This document shows, piece after piece, positions 14,369 through 32,389 of a DNA stretch of 64,000 bases (the stretch's first letter is position 1; the number at the start of each line of letters is the position of its first letter). The notes below the pieces were generated by a model, which made no database searches, was not told where the DNA came from, and worked only from the letters and a program-made list of their open reading frames with translations. This DNA is from the human T2T-CHM13v2.0 reference genome, Homo sapiens. The position numbers and the translations under genes are program-made. Location of the stretch: NCBI RefSeq assembly GCF_009914755.1, contig NC_060934.1; one strand, written 5' to 3'.

Positions 14369-15599
14369 ATTTAAACCATCAAGAGAAAACTCTATTTGCC
14401 CACTCAAATGGGCAGTAGTATAACTAGAAGCCTGGAATCTCTGCATGTATGTGTCCCATATGCTCTGCAAAAAGGCACGTATTCTTAACTGGTGTTTTGT
14501 GATTCGATTGGTTGTGCTTAGAATTTGCTTGGTTCTCTTGCAAAATATCCTGAAGTTGGTTAAAGAAAGGATTGATCGTGTCCAGTAAAATAATGCGTCT
14601 TGTCAGTAGTTGACAAGGAGCCACTGTTGAGACCTTGCCGGATACAAAGCCAACTTCAAGCCTACTCTCTTTCCCAACATGTCAGCCTTAACCATCCCCT
14701 CTCCTATTTCCAGCAGAAATCTTTTCTCTTTCAACGTGTAATACCAATTCTGCCCCAAAGGAAAGAGAAGGCAAAATGAGCAGAATTTGTGGTTTTGTCC
14801 GTTCACTAGCGCTAATGCAGTGAAGGAGGGATGAAAACGCTTTAGGAGATGGTATGATTGGGAAGGATATTATGCCATGTACCATTTCCCTTCTTCCCCC
14901 AGTGCCAGCCGCTGATGAGTGGTTTCACATTCCTGTACTGGGTGGCACACAACCTAGTCTGTTTTCACTGCTAGCAAGGATTCACAGTGCCAGTCTGTTA
15001 TGTACACCCAGAGAACAGGGGTGACAGAGACACCCTCCTGCCTTTTAGAAGAGATATTTGATCCATATTTTTCCTGCCTGGAATCGTGGAGACTCCTGTC
15101 TGGTCTGGCTGCAGCCTGACCCTCCGGATGCCTTCAGTTGTGGGTGTTTGACACATCAGGAAAGTCACAAGTCTGACTCCTGTGATTTGAGGAGACAGCT
15201 GGGAAACCTCCCTGCTGTGGTCCCAGCCAGCATAGGAGCATGACCCTACATCCAGGGATGGGCTTAGTCCAAATCAGAAATGCCTGTGTTCTCTCAGGCC
15301 TTAGCCTCCAGCTTCCCGACACTGAGACCTAGGGCATGAGAGCTTCCCTGCTGGAGTCCTACCTTATTCTCACCAAGTCACCCCCGACTGACCCTTTGGG
15401 CCTTTGGCAATAGTATAAATGGGTGTTTTAAACTTCTCCATGGGCAACCACCCTGCTCTCAGAAGATGCCCTCCATCCTCTCCAGGGTCTCAGAAGGCTT
15501 GGCTCTTCCAGGTGCCAATAAAAATGAACAGTGGGAGCTGGTGGCAGACCAGCAAAGGGCCGCCTCACTGTCCCTGCTGGACTGCTACAGCGTGGGTAA

Positions 15600-16407
<808 letters not shown>

Positions 16408-17054
16408 TGATTCATTCTCCTAGGAAAACTGTGTAGGGCAGTATTAGGAGTTGGGTTTCTGCCTGGATTCAGACCCTGGCTCCTTCGTTTAGGAGTTATG
16501 CAATTTTAGGCAAGTTATTGAACCTAAGACTCAGTTTTTTTTATCTGAATGGATAAGTATCCTTATGTTAATAGGTATAAATTATGACAGCTATCTTATA
16601 AAGTAGCTTTGAGTATAAATGAGATAACATACATAAAAGGCATATTACAGTGTTCAGTACCATGCTTTATAAATGTTACATAGCTATTATTAGGCCTACC
16701 TTACAGATTAGGAAACTGATGTCAGCCATCATTCTAACTAGCTGTGGTTTTGACCAAAGGTGTAGCCTATAAGACTTTTCCTGAGGTCTAAGACCATATC
16801 ACCTCCCTCTGAGACACTGAACACTTCTGCCTTGACAGTGGTGTTGCTCTGAGCTCCCAGGGTCCCAGCAGTCTTGAGAAGCTTCTGTGTTTGCCTCACT
16901 AAGATGTATTCCCCAAGCTTTCAGTAGCCCCCTATGCCTGCACCCAAGCCAGCAGTTCCCCCACCCGACCTGTCAGACCTACTTCAGTCCATAGTATAAG
17001 ACCTCTCAAGTCCAGAGCAACAACCTGAAAAAGTGCTCCAAGATTTTTAAAGTT

Positions 17055-17424
<370 letters not shown>

Positions 17425-18203
17425 TCACTGTTCCAGGACCTGAATTTAGAACTGATGTTCCTTTTCTGCCCCCAACACCAAATCTAGTAGCTAAAGCACA
17501 TAGCAAGAAAATGTAACAAAGGAATAAGAATGAAGGCGATGGAGTGGTCTTGGAGATCATCTAGTCCACCCTCGTCCTGTGACATTTGAGGACCCTGGAG
17601 GCCTAGAGAAGGGAAATAACTTGCTCAAGTCCAAAAACTGCATCAGAAGCAGGCTCAGCCTCATGGCTTCAGTGCAGTGCCATTTCCAACACACCGCTCT
17701 GCCTTAGGTTTTTATTTGCATTGGTGGTAAGGCTTGGCCCCTTCTGGGCTCTCAGATTCTGTAACTCTTTGAATTCCCATTGAGTCCTGCGGGAGAAGAC
17801 AGGGGCATTGTTGTTGAACCCTGTGGCTTTCCAGGGTTTGTGCAAATATACCAAGGAGACCTCCACCTATCCTCACGTGTGCTTTTAGTCTGGCAAATAG
17901 ACTGGGTGGAGAACACATTGTTCTCTAAACCCTCTCTCTTGCCAAACAGTGTTTGAGAAGAGGGAATGATTTCTGACTTTGCATGGATCGTTGGATTCCG
18001 GCTCCTGTTCTCCATCTTTTTGTTCCTTTTGTGGCACTAAAATGCCTCTTGCTAACTAATGACACCCTGTACTTCCCTGGGCGTCCCTGCCTTGTTACAC
18101 CACCCTCACCTTGGCTCACATCTTAAACTTCACTTGCTGAGGGATGTCATCACTCAGAATCACCCTCTCTTGATGCCTGAGTGTGTAGGTTGAGACAACT
18201 TGA

Positions 18204-18332
<129 letters not shown>

Positions 18333-19235
18333 TAGCTAGTTCTTCACCCAAATGAGAGCCACCCTGCTGATGGTTAGTAGGAAAAGCATGTTAGCATCTT
18401 CCTCTTGGGGGAGGAGCCGTGGACTCCTCTTAGAAACCCTAATGAGGTACAATTGTGGAAATCCGCAGAAGGGGTTGGGCCAGCACTGCACCCTTGATAG
18501 TTTTGGGATCTGTCCCATTCAGTTGTTTGTCCTCTAGGACAGAAGTCTGCACACCATGCCCACAGGTCAATTCTGACCTCCCTCCTTTACTTGTTTTTGT
18601 AAGTAAGGACTTATTGGATCACAGACAGATCCATTTGTTATCTATGGCAACAATGTCAGAGTCGAGTAATTGTGACAGAGACCATATGGCCCACAGGCCT
18701 CTAATATTTTCTGTCTAGTCCTTTAAAGAATTGGTGTCCAGGAGACTCAATAGAAAGAGAGCAATCTCCTCCACAGATGGAAGTCAATGGTGGAGAGAAC
18801 AAGGTGAAGATATTCCTTCCTAAAAACAGACCTGGGAACAGATTGCTCTCTCATCCTTGAGGACAACTATGTAATTATGCCCACCTGCCCCACTGCAGAA
18901 GGGAGGTTGCTTCAGAGCTAGAGAACGCAGGTCCCTGGAAATGGCTTGCAGCTACAGCCACCAACCCTGATTCATGGGACATCAAAGTCTATGAGATTGG
19001 TCCTCTCTGAGGGTGTCTGGCAGTCAGAGGGGCTGGCCCCCAAGGGGCGCAGGAGGCATGGGCCTGAGGTGTTACATGGGCTTTACTCAGTCCCCTCCAG
19101 GAAGTCTCAATTCCAGGCACCAGCCTGGGTTTGTGACTTTTCAGAGATGGCATCTTATGTGGAAAGTACGTCCTAATCTTTCAAGATGTAAATATGCCAA
19201 TATCAGCACCAGCATACAATGCCGGTTAGTTCTAA

Positions 19236-19436
<201 letters not shown>

Positions 19437-20628
19437 CAGGGCAAAGCCAGCATTCACTGGGTGTGTGAAATTCCAGAGCTTTGGGGGAGAATCCACCCTC
19501 CCATCATCTGCTTCCCCCAAGGCCTCCCACAGGTGACAGAATGTTCTGCCTTCCCTTCCATCTCTTCACCCCTAGCTGTCAGTTTGGCAGATTTTCCCTC
19601 GTTACCTCCAGTTCGACTCAGAACCTTGACATGGCCATAACAGAAGGAGGTGCCTCTGATAGAACATGCTAGAAATGGTCTTTTCCACAGCATAGTCTGG
19701 GACTGGAAAAGAGATGTCTGACTGCAAGCTGACAATGCCACTCTGGGACCCCTGATGCTCTTCTTTGTTCTTTGGGTCCCCTGATGCCATAGGAGACCTA
19801 TCGTCTTGGAACTTGCCATTCTTTCCTCCAGAACAAAATGTTAACTTTCTAACACATTTCATGCATAGCTTGGCTCAGAAGGTGCCATTGGCAGACAGGC
19901 ACATGGGAGGCTGGAGTAGGAGGTCTGAAGATTAGTTCAGGGGATGGACCAAGAATTTCCCCCAGAGCTTTAAAGAAGTGGGACTCAGCCATGTTGGCGC
20001 GTGATTGACATTACAGCACAGAAAACTGTTAGTGACTGGTTTCCTGTTAGATAAGGGTTCCAGCAGCCTGGGGCAGTATGTCTCAGCTGGAATGGAAAGA
20101 ATGTGAGATGGAACCTCAAGTCACTGTTTTTACCAGGGACACATCTGTTTTGGCTCCCAATCAGCAGTCTTCAATCGATCAATAATTCTGCTCTGGAAGA
20201 GAAGGAACAGGGAGCAGAGAGACCCAACTGGGAGCCAGAGATGGAACTTCAGGTCTTAAGTGCAAATCAAAGCAAAAAACAAACAAAACTTACATGGAAA
20301 AACTGTAAGTGCTGAAAGCAAGTTTAGCCATGACAAACCAAAGAGTGCCCAGGTCAGCCAAGAAAGATACATAATCTCATGGGACTTCAGTGGGAGTTAC
20401 ACAGGAATGTTGAAGAATCATTCTTCTTTTTCATGCATTTGTCCTTCTCCCACCCCCTTACTACACCCTAGCAGATCAGCTGAGTGTACTTTATTCCAAG
20501 AACTTACTGGATCTCTGGTTTTTCTCCTGAAGTTGGGGCAGGTGCAATTCCAAGCATAACCACCAGATGGCAGAGTGACCGCGCATACCTGCTTCCAAGA
20601 ATAAAACAGTTCTGAAAAGCAACCGCAA

Positions 20629-20925
<297 letters not shown>

Positions 20926-21256
20926 AGCAACCACAGCCAGCCTTAGGGAAAACTTGGAAGTAAGTGAAATTTGTCTTCAGAATAACTATCTCCCTTTCTG
21001 ATCTGTCTCCTACTCTTTAGATGTTCTCAGTCAAGTACTCACTGAACTCATTGATCGAGTGCTGTCTGCTAAATCTCCAAACCATTCCCAAACCTTTCCC
21101 CGTAGTATACCATCCAGCTTCCCTCCCCTTCCTCCAAAACCCTCCCTCCCACCTCCCCACACCCATTGAGTCATTCACAGGCAGGAGGGAGACTGATCAT
21201 TCCTCTGGGTTATCTGCATCTCAAAAGAAAATGCTTACCCACAGGAACTGTTAACT

Positions 21257-21432
21257 CAGGGGTTCTTAACTTGGGGTCCATCACCCCAGGGGGTCCATAG
21301 TTGGACTTCAGAGGGTCTATGAAACCCCTAAAACTGTCAGTATTTAATGTATTTATTCTTGTATGTTTTTTCCAGAGCATTAAAGCTTTCATAAGGTTCT
21401 CAAAGGTCTCAGACCTACAAAGAGTTAAAACA
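21257..21432. mobile_element. hAT-Charlie MER relic in CNNM1 3' UTR
   Basis: caggggttcttaacttggggtccat...agctttcataaggttctcaaagg; related copies near 28060-28160 and 47995-48135. Confidence 0.55.
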
Positions 21433-22180
21433 AACAGACAAACAAAAAAAAACACTACTATTTTAAATAGTGGAACTTTCAGCCCAGCGTTTCTGCAATG
21501 CAGAGTGAAGTGGATACTGGGCAGTTCGAGACAGGTTTTTAATCATAAGTGGTCTTTTCAAATGTCCATCAATTGATGGGGAAGGCTGGCACCCACCAAG
21601 AAGTGGAAGTCCTCAGAAATTCTCGGCACACCCTAGAGTATTGTACAACCAACACCCCCACATAACTTTGTCCCCTCTTCCCCAACAACCCAGAGCAGGT
21701 GTTGCAGACAGGAGGGCCACAGCGTGTGGAAGTAAAGACTTTGGAGCTAGAGATGCCTTTTCCAGCAATGATTATTGACTTCACCACACCCCTTGCCTGG
21801 CCTGGCCTGAGGCTCAGCAGTGCATGACTTCTCGTAGATAACTTCACAGTCATCCAGTCCCAACACCTGCTCTTGCCTGGTAGGAACAGGCGAAGTGTCA
21901 GCCCTCAATGTTGGGTACTTAGACCCAAACCAATAAATGGTGAGTTTTGAACAAGAACTACCATCATGCAGGCTTCTTGCCCAGCTGACCACTGGCCCCG
22001 GGGTGCCTGCCTGGCTGGTCTTCATCACCTGAGGCCACCAGGCTCAAGCCACTGCTGTTGCATTACACCCATCCCTTTGCAAAATCCCTATGGAGCCTGT
22101 CACCACTCCCCTCCCTATATACCCCCACCCCACAAAGATTTTCTTCAGGTTAAAAAAAAAGTTTAAAAAAAAGATTTTAA

Positions 22181-22265
22181 AATAAAGCATTTATGAAGGC
22201 TTAATAAATTGTAAATAATTTTTAAATAAAATGAAAATGCCTTTCCTGGAATGTGGCTGTTTTCC
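22181..22265 (+). terminator. CNNM1 polyadenylation region
   Basis: AATAAA at 22181, 22203 and 22225, followed by GU/U-rich atgtggctgttttcc at 22251-22265. Confidence 0.85.
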
Positions 22266-24734
22266 TTGCCCCTGGAATCTTCTGACGTGGCTTCATTTGA
22301 GATGCAGGTTGAGTGATGCCCACGTGTGATGATCTCACCTGTGCACCACCTGCCTGAAGAGGCATGCCGCTCCGGGCCAGGTGTGAGGCTGCGGTGAGGT
22401 CACGGGGAAGCCTTGGCACACTACTTTGGGAGGCCAGATGGTAAGATTTTGCAGGAGTGAATGCCAGAAATGAGAAGTAAAACCCAAATGAGAAGCCAGT
22501 ATGCATAAAGACGAGGAAGGAACTAAGACGACAGTGAGAAGGGCTGGCATTTGCTGAACCCATGTGATGGGTGAGGTGCTGTGCTGGGTGCCGTCCAAAT
22601 TCAAGGTCTTGGGGGCTAAACCCAGACAAGCCCCTGAGACAGAATGTTGGTCACACTAGCTCGCTTCTGCAGAACCTTCAGAAAGGAGTCCAAGTGGCAT
22701 GACTCTGGCAGTTTGCAACCAAAGGCTAGGGAACGGAACACAAGAATGGGCCAGGCCTGTTGGTCAGTTTTAAGCCGATGCTGGAGGGAGGGAACAGCCA
22801 GGCAGGTGGGAAGATGTGTTTGGGCATATAATACCTGTGTGGAAGGAAGGCTGAAATCTGACACCTACTACTCATTTCTCAAAGCAAACAGGAGGATCAG
22901 GGGCCTATGCCAAAACCTCTTAAGATTCTTCTCAGGAACCTCAGTAGAGGCTATTCATTTCACTAACGGTAATAATAAATAATGGAAACAACTATTTTGC
23001 CAAGGGCTTTATGTTCCAAGTATTCTGTTAAGTACCCATTAGCTCATTTCTTTCTCAACCACCCTGTGGAGGAGGGGTTACTGTCTGCAAGGTTACTGTC
23101 TTCTTGCTCACGGTTACACACCTGGGAACTGGCAGAGCCTGGAGGTTGGAGTGCCCTGCTCTTGAGTGAGCAAAATTGGTGAAACAATCCCACCTCTGAA
23201 GTTCACTGGCATGTCAGAGGCCTGAGGAGTCCTGCCGGCTTCCCAAACTCACAGCCCTTTTTCAGGTGAACGCAGTGGGAACCACACCAACCAACATATC
23301 TGTCGGAATAGAAGAAGGCCAGATTCCCATTGAGATGGGCTTTTTTCAAGGCTAAAAACATTTGAGCACTTTGGTACTGTCACTTAGATTTAAAGATGTG
23401 TTTATCTTTAATGGTTTTGGCAGCCCCCTAAAGAGAAAATTTTAATTTTCCCTAACAAGAGAAATTAAATACTAATAAGATGGTCAGGTAGGATTGCACT
23501 TTGGAAGGCAACATTTTAGTATTTCAGGCTTTTTTTTTTTTTGCCCCAGAGAGCCAATTTTCGTCCCCATGGAGGCAGTATCGTCCCCATGGAGAATGAG
23601 TGGTTGAAAGCGTTTGGAGAGAATGGCAGATTGACAGAAGGTAGAATCATTCGACTTCTCTGTTGGCTGCCTTCCCTTACTAACAACAAGCATCTTTACA
23701 TTGGGAGGAGAACAAAGACTGATATGTTCAGAAAGCTGTGAAGAGATGGGTGGGAGGGCATCTAATCACATTCACTCATGAACTTCCACCAGCCCAACCA
23801 CACACTGGCAGAGTGAGTGTCCTCTGAAGAACTCCTGGGGCTCCAGCCAGACAGGGAAGGATCTGGAAACCACATCCTGTGCAGAAACAAAAGTGGTGGG
23901 GGAGAGGCAGTTCATGTGGAAAAGTGTAAACAAGGAATGACAACTGCTACTTTCAAATATTTGAAAGGTGGTAGATTAGAAGTGCCAGTAGATTTACTAT
24001 CTGTGGTTTAAAGGAAGGAAAGGAGGGGCAGGGGAGTGGAACAAAGATCAAATTCTGGTTCAAGGTAGATGAACTTTTACCGTGAGCAAAAGGTAAACGA
24101 GCCTCTTTTTTTTTAATTAAGAGGCCCCACCAGCAGAAGGGGATGCCTCACCAGGTATTTAAAGAATCCATCACCACTACCACCCCACCAGTTGAAATGG
24201 ATGAGTCAGAGACAATATGGAGAGACTATTTCACTGGCGGAGAGGCAGGACTTGATGACTTCTGAGGCCCCAGTCATCCCTCAGGACTGCAGGATTTTCT
24301 AACAACCCAAATGAGTCCTAGAAAGTGGCAGATCCTATTAAAATCACAAGAATTAACTTTAAATACTTAAAAACTCCAATTAATAGACCTCTTGTGTTAA
24401 GTAACATCAAACCCCACCAAATTCTACAAAATGGCCATTTGGAGCGGCCCTTGGACTCTGGAAATTGTGATGTATGTTTTTGTGGTTCTGTTTCAATAAA
24501 CCAGGAGGGACTCTGACAGCAGGGAACGGGCTGATGTTCTATAATCAACCTGAGTGATGTCATCTCCTCTCACAGTCCAAGAAGTCCAGTTTCTTAAGTA
24601 ACATAAGACAGCTGGCCTCCAAATGACAAGCCCGCAAAATCACCAGGGAGTTATATGGTGAGTTCACTGAAGGAAGCTATACTGTAAGAACACATTGTAG
24701 TTTTTCCTTTAGCCACTAGTAAAACCCTCTAAAG

Positions 24735-24980
24735 CATTCATTTTAAACTGTGGGTCACAACCCATTAGTGGTCATAAAATCAACTCCATGTCTTGATCAA
24801 CATTTTTATTTTATTTTTTTAGGTGAAGTAGAACACAATAGAATGGCTCAAAAATATCAGAATGCACTACGCACATCACGAGTAAATACTGTTTGGTAAA
24901 ACTTGTTTCAGTTAAATATGTACGTGTCCGTGCATGTCATGATTAAATATCCTTCTTACCACAGTCACCCTAAAGAACCA
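24735..24980. mobile_element. hAT-Charlie-type DNA transposon relic overlapping the GOT1 3' end
   Basis: aaactgtgggtcacaacccattagtggtcataaaatcaa...aaaatatcagaatgcac...aaacttgtttcagtta resembles a Charlie-family consensus recalled from memory. Confidence 0.55.
24805..24815 (-). terminator. GOT1 distal polyadenylation signal (two overlapping AATAAA)
   Basis: tttattttatt on + strand, ~655 nt after the stop. Confidence 0.75.
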
Positions 24981-25225
24981 AAGCTTAGGACTAGGGACAC
25001 AACCATGCAGAAAGAGCAGGGAGACCAGACACTCTGGGTTGAGATGATGAATTTAATGCCGCAGCCGACACCCACATTCACACTTTGGCTCCTTCAGACA
25101 ACTTGATCTTTGGGACTAGAATTTGTACAGAGTCAAACACCACATAGAAGCACGTGGCCGCCACACACAACACTCCTTTTTAGTGAGAGGGACAAGATAC
25201 CTATGTCTCATGATCAAAGTACTCT

Positions 25226-25231
25226 TTTATT
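25226..25231 (-). terminator. GOT1 proximal polyadenylation signal
   Basis: AATAAA on - strand (tttatt on +), ~240 nt after the stop. Confidence 0.7.
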
Positions 25232-25467
25232 CTTAAATAAAAATCTTAATTTGCTTTGACCTCCAAAGGCTCTAATCCCAGTCTCCAAATTCGTCTCAAG
25301 GGATGTTCTCTTCATGTGGGGCCGGTTTAAACAGAGGCTGCCTCACCAGAGCAGCCTTTCAGTCCTGCAAGTGTCTCTAATCCATGGTATGTACATGTAG
25401 GTTTGTGCAGGCAGGGAACACACATGACAGAGAACTACTTTGGTGGTACTGGACGGGTGGTGTTTCT

Positions 25468-25674
<207 letters not shown>

Positions 25675-26308
25675 TTATATGACAATTACAGCTTTACTTC
25701 TTTCCCCTTAACAGAGAGAAGCAAAACAAAAGGCGCTATTTTGTCCAACTGACAAACAGAAAAATATGCTCACTAGATTCTGGAAAGTACTCTTACTAGT
25801 TCACCTTTGAATCCCCAGAAAATTCAATATGGCTACTACTGATGGGAATTTTAATCTGAGATTGCCTTCCAACCAAGCCTTATACATTATATCCACCAGG
25901 ACACCCCTATCACCTAAAAACAACCATCAGACGGACAGCGATATGAAATGCTGGCTATGAAGTGCTTCCTTTAGTTCTTCCCTAACCTGGACTTGCATTG
26001 AGTACCCGCGGCAGCCTCCCTTTGACATTTCATTTTTACAATACATTGGGTAAGGCCCCATGCATGAGGTACCTGATCAATCCTGTGTGAATTAACCAAT
26101 GAGCTGAGAAATGACACAGACCTCTCTGACCTGGCACCATCAGACTTCTGTTCATTTCTCAGCTTTCTCTCAGATGCAGTAGTTTTTCCATGTTTTCAGA
26201 AATGCATCACATGTGGGTAAGAAGAGACTACCTGTACTTCCTTTATACAGCAGTCTCTAAAGCAGTTTTGCTATTTGGCAAATCCATTGATAGAATTTTA
26301 GTGAATTT

Positions 26309-26602
26309 GGCTGGGCACAGTGGTTCACGCCTGTGATCCCAGCACTTCAGGAGGCTGAGGCTGGTGGATTACCTGAGGTCAGAAGTTTGAGACCAGCCTG
26401 GCCAACATGCTGAGACCCAGTCTCTACTAAAAATACAAAAATTAGCCAGGCGTGGTGGCATGTGCCTATGGTCCCAGCTACTCAGGAGGCTGAGGCAGGA
26501 GAATTGCTTGAAACCCAAGAGGAGGAAGTTGCAGTGAGCCGAGATCACACCACTGCACTCCAGCCTGGGTGACAGAGTGAGACTCTGTCTCAAAAAAAAA
26601 AA
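26309..26602 (+). mobile_element. Alu (S-type)
   Basis: Full dimer, TSD agaattttagtgaatt. Confidence 0.96.
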
Positions 26603-26944
26603 GAATTTTAGTGAATTATTGCTTAAGTAATTAGTACCTTTAAGATACCACCAACCTGAGGAAATGGAATAATAATAGAATCATCATAATCAGAGGAGTA
26701 AACACTATGTGCCAGGCAGTGTTCTAAGCACTGCATCTTAGTTCATCCTGATAATAACTTTATCATGCCCATTTTACAGATAGGCCATAAAGACATTAAA
26801 TGGCCTTCCGAGATTGCACAGCTGGTCAATGGTGGATGTGGGATTTTCAGGCAGGATTTCAAGTCTGGGCTGTACACTGCCCCCGTGATGCTACAGTGCC
26901 TCTCTAAGGAAGTGAAAAATCTGGACCCTGGACTCAGTGCTCCT

Positions 26945-27805
26945 TGAAGGAAACCAAAATAGTTCACCCCAAAATATACTTTGACATATTTTGAGATGGC
27001 TGTTGAGAGGGCCTACATACAGAAGTAGCCCTGCAAAGCTGTCTTTTGTGGGAGAGATCTGTATCTGTAGAGAAAATCTGCATGGCTGCAGCTAGGCTTT
27101 CTCTGAGGCCCTCCCTTGTCCAGATCTAGGGGAGATTAACTGAGAGTGTGATGCCTTTAAAGGTCTAAAAGAAATAGACCTTTACCGCTATTTTCTCCGA
27201 GGGCTGCTACCTGTCTTATCTACATAATATAACAAGACCACCTTTGCTAACCAGGCCTTCTCTTCTCTGCCTGCCATAATCTGTTCTGGCAAGCTCCAAG
27301 CTCCCATTCTTTCTATAACCCCAAGATGGTATAAAAGCATCAATCATCTGGCCATTTATTTGAGTTCTATTTTGTAAGACACCTGTGCAAGTTAATAAAT
27401 TTGCATGCTGGCCAGGCACAGTGGCTCATGCCTGTAATCCAAGTACTTTGGGAGGCTGAGGAGGGAGGATTGCTTGAGCCCAGGAGTTGACGACCAGCCT
27501 GGGCATCATAAGGAGACCCTGTCTCTACAAAAAAATCTTAAAAATTAGCCGGGCATGGTGGCACACACCTGTGGTCCCAGGTACTACGAAGGCTGAGGTG
27601 GGTGGATTGCTTGGGCCTGGGAGGTTGAGGCTACAGTAAGCCATGATTGTGACGCCGCACTCCAGCCTGGGCAACAGAGTGAGACTCTGACTCAAAAATA
27701 AATAAATAAATTTGTATGCCTTTTCTCCTATTAATCTGCCTCTTGTCAGCTGATTTCCAGCAAACTTTCAGAGGGCAAAGGGTAAGTTTTCCCTTGACCC
27801 CTCCA
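26945..27805 (+). mobile_element. Solo ERV1 LTR (MER34-like) interrupted by an AluJ (27409-27710)
   Basis: tgaaggaaaccaaaatagttcaccccaaaatatact...cccttgacccctcca (TG...CA); Alu TSD aataaatttg(c/t)atgc. Confidence 0.75.
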
Positions 27806-28274
27806 AACCAGTGAACAAAGAAAGCAAGCTTAAGAAGAGGTTTACCTGTGTGAATTGGTCACCCAAGGGGATAGAGCCTCAAGCCAACACAGCCCTGGGT
27901 GTGCCACTCTTTCTAAAAGCCTGTGCCCTGAGGCAGTGATTAAATGACTCCTACCCTGGCTTTTGGTTTTGTTTTAGTAAAAATGAGGCCTTTCTACTTT
28001 TTCAGAGAAGGGAAGTGTCACAGTTTGAAAAGCTAGTAAAAGTTATGGACTCTTTCCCTAGAGCAGGGCCAAAATACACATATACAATTTTTTAAACATC
28101 ATTTCAGGGGCTTCACAGTTCTCCTAAACGTACATCCAGGGATTCCAGGTTAAAAGCCCCATTCTGACAGAAAAAAGATAACAAAGGAAGTATTGTAATG
28201 TGAGAATTGTAGAAACTAGGTGGCGGATATATAGGGGTTCACTGTACAATTCCTCCAACTTTTCTGTATGTTTA

Positions 28275-28929
<655 letters not shown>

Positions 28930-29403
28930 CTAAAAATATAACTTTTGTGTTATAAGCACAGTTCTATTCTCATCATTTTTCCAATTCGTGATATTAATAA
29001 AACTAATTTCCTCCTGTGGATAATGGGAAGATATGGATATTTTACAGGGAGACATTCCCATATTGTGAGCTTTTAGACTATTACTACTAAAGACTATTAA
29101 TATTTCTGTTACATGTAATATTTTTATAATTGTGAGTGAACTAATTCTCTGTTCCTCAGTCAAGAGGACATCTACAGCTAACTGAGCTATTTCTTTACTT
29201 TCTTAGGTAGCTTCATTTTACCCCAAAGTATTTTGAGGGGTCCACAATACAAGCTCTATTAACTGCCATTTATATTTATTTCCTTTGGATTTTTCTGAGC
29301 CCACTTCACACTGGCACTGTGATGGCCCCAGTTAAATACCTCCCCACGGCCTCTGCCGTTCTGCCTACAAACCAAGCCAGCCACACATCCCTCCCTAGAG
29401 TCA

Positions 29404-29616
<213 letters not shown>

Positions 29617-29690
29617 TCATCAGATGGGACTGCAGATGGCAGATGTGCCCTACTGACAATTGACCAAGACCATGCATGACCACCTACTAG

Positions 29691-30028
<338 letters not shown>

Positions 30029-30462
30029 CAATCTAGGTTCTTGTTTATGAAATGCAGAGATAACTTTGTAATCTCTTTTTGAGGATAATACCTAGAAATA
30101 AGAAAGACCTGTCAAGAAATCAGTTCCCTGAATAATCATTATATTCAGGATTAAGGCAAACCCAAAATGTACCTGAGCATTTATAAGAACCTTTCATAAA
30201 TTAAGGCTCCCAGCTACCAATCCTGTTACCTCCCAGCTGGCTCTGAGCCACTTCCCAGCCCACAAACACGGAAATATCTTGGCTGTGGGTCAGCAGGGCA
30301 GACCACAATACTCTTCTGAGACCCAGAGAGTTTATGAGATGGTGGGACACCCTAAGAAAACCTAACTTGTCCTGGTCCAAAGCAATGGCTGCCCAATTAG
30401 GCAAAGGCTGTGAAAGTGAGCTCAGCTCAAGGCGAGCGACTGAAAGGAATGTTGTGTGTCTA

Positions 30463-30747
<285 letters not shown>

Positions 30748-31388
30748 TCATAACCTGCCTATTATGGCATGTGGATGTCTGGATGGGTGGATTAACATAC
30801 CAGAGAGAGAGACTTAGGGGGCAGAAGGAAAGGACTGCATTTACTAGTGAGTCTAGTGCTAGTCTTGGGTATACTGGCTAGAATACACTCACATTTCAAC
30901 TCAGGCTTCACCGAGGTGCTGCTATAGATATTAATAGGGCAATATGTTTCATCAGGACTTACTAAATAAAGATTGCAGATTTAGCTACTATATAAAAATT
31001 ACTGTTCTAAAATAAGATAAAGTGTATGTAAATTACAGATAAAAACCAAGAGCTCCCAAACTGTTAAACTGCCTAGACGTTCGATATTCTATTTTGCTGG
31101 GAATACCTTCTTGGGTTTTCCAACTTCATGGAGAGGAAGACTGGGTGGGGGGGGAAATTGGGGAAAACTACCATTCATCGAGTGCCCCCTCCTGTCTTCC
31201 AGGTGTTGTGTTATGCACGTGTGAGGTAGATATCAGCCCCTGTTTTACAAATATCTGAGAGTCAAAGAAGTTAAAGTAATTTTATCCTGCTTCTGCCAAA
31301 ATGAAAGGAAGAGACCCAGTTAAATGTACTGGGACAATTACTGTTCTGCACTCCCCACCCCCCGGCCCACCAGACTGGGAGCCCCTTA

Positions 31389-31909
<521 letters not shown>

Positions 31910-32389
31910 CTATTTCTTGACTATATGCACCCAAGCTCCACTTTACATCCATTTCTCTCTACAACCAACAAGTGTAACCTTTTCCGTAAACTTTACTTTT
32001 TAAAAGTAAATTGTCCTAGAGTGTCCCAATTCAGCTTAGAGAAACAGGGCTTACTTTTGATGCAAGGAGACAATGTCCTACATTGTGGATTTTCCTCTGT
32101 GAATTTCTGGCGTGAGAGCCTTAGTCAAGTGTAGGCTTGGTATCCCCAGGGCTCCTCATGGGCTATTCTGCTAGGTACTCAAGAGGAAGGGAACAGAGTA
32201 GCCTCCATTCCTGTCACTCATCTCCTCAAAGAGCTCTCCACAGGGAACCTGCTTCTACAGCTGTGCTCTCTGAGTGGACACCACTTCCCTCCCCGGAACT
32301 GTCCAAATCTTTGGTTGTACTTTGATTCCCATCTCTTAGGTTTATCTTGACTAGGTGGGACTGGGGGGAATCTGGACTCCTAACTCTGC

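Noticed and set aside
23561-23594. 14-bp direct repeat tcgtccccatggag with 20-bp period
   Set aside because: Isolated micro-duplication, probably within a decayed MER element; no further structure.
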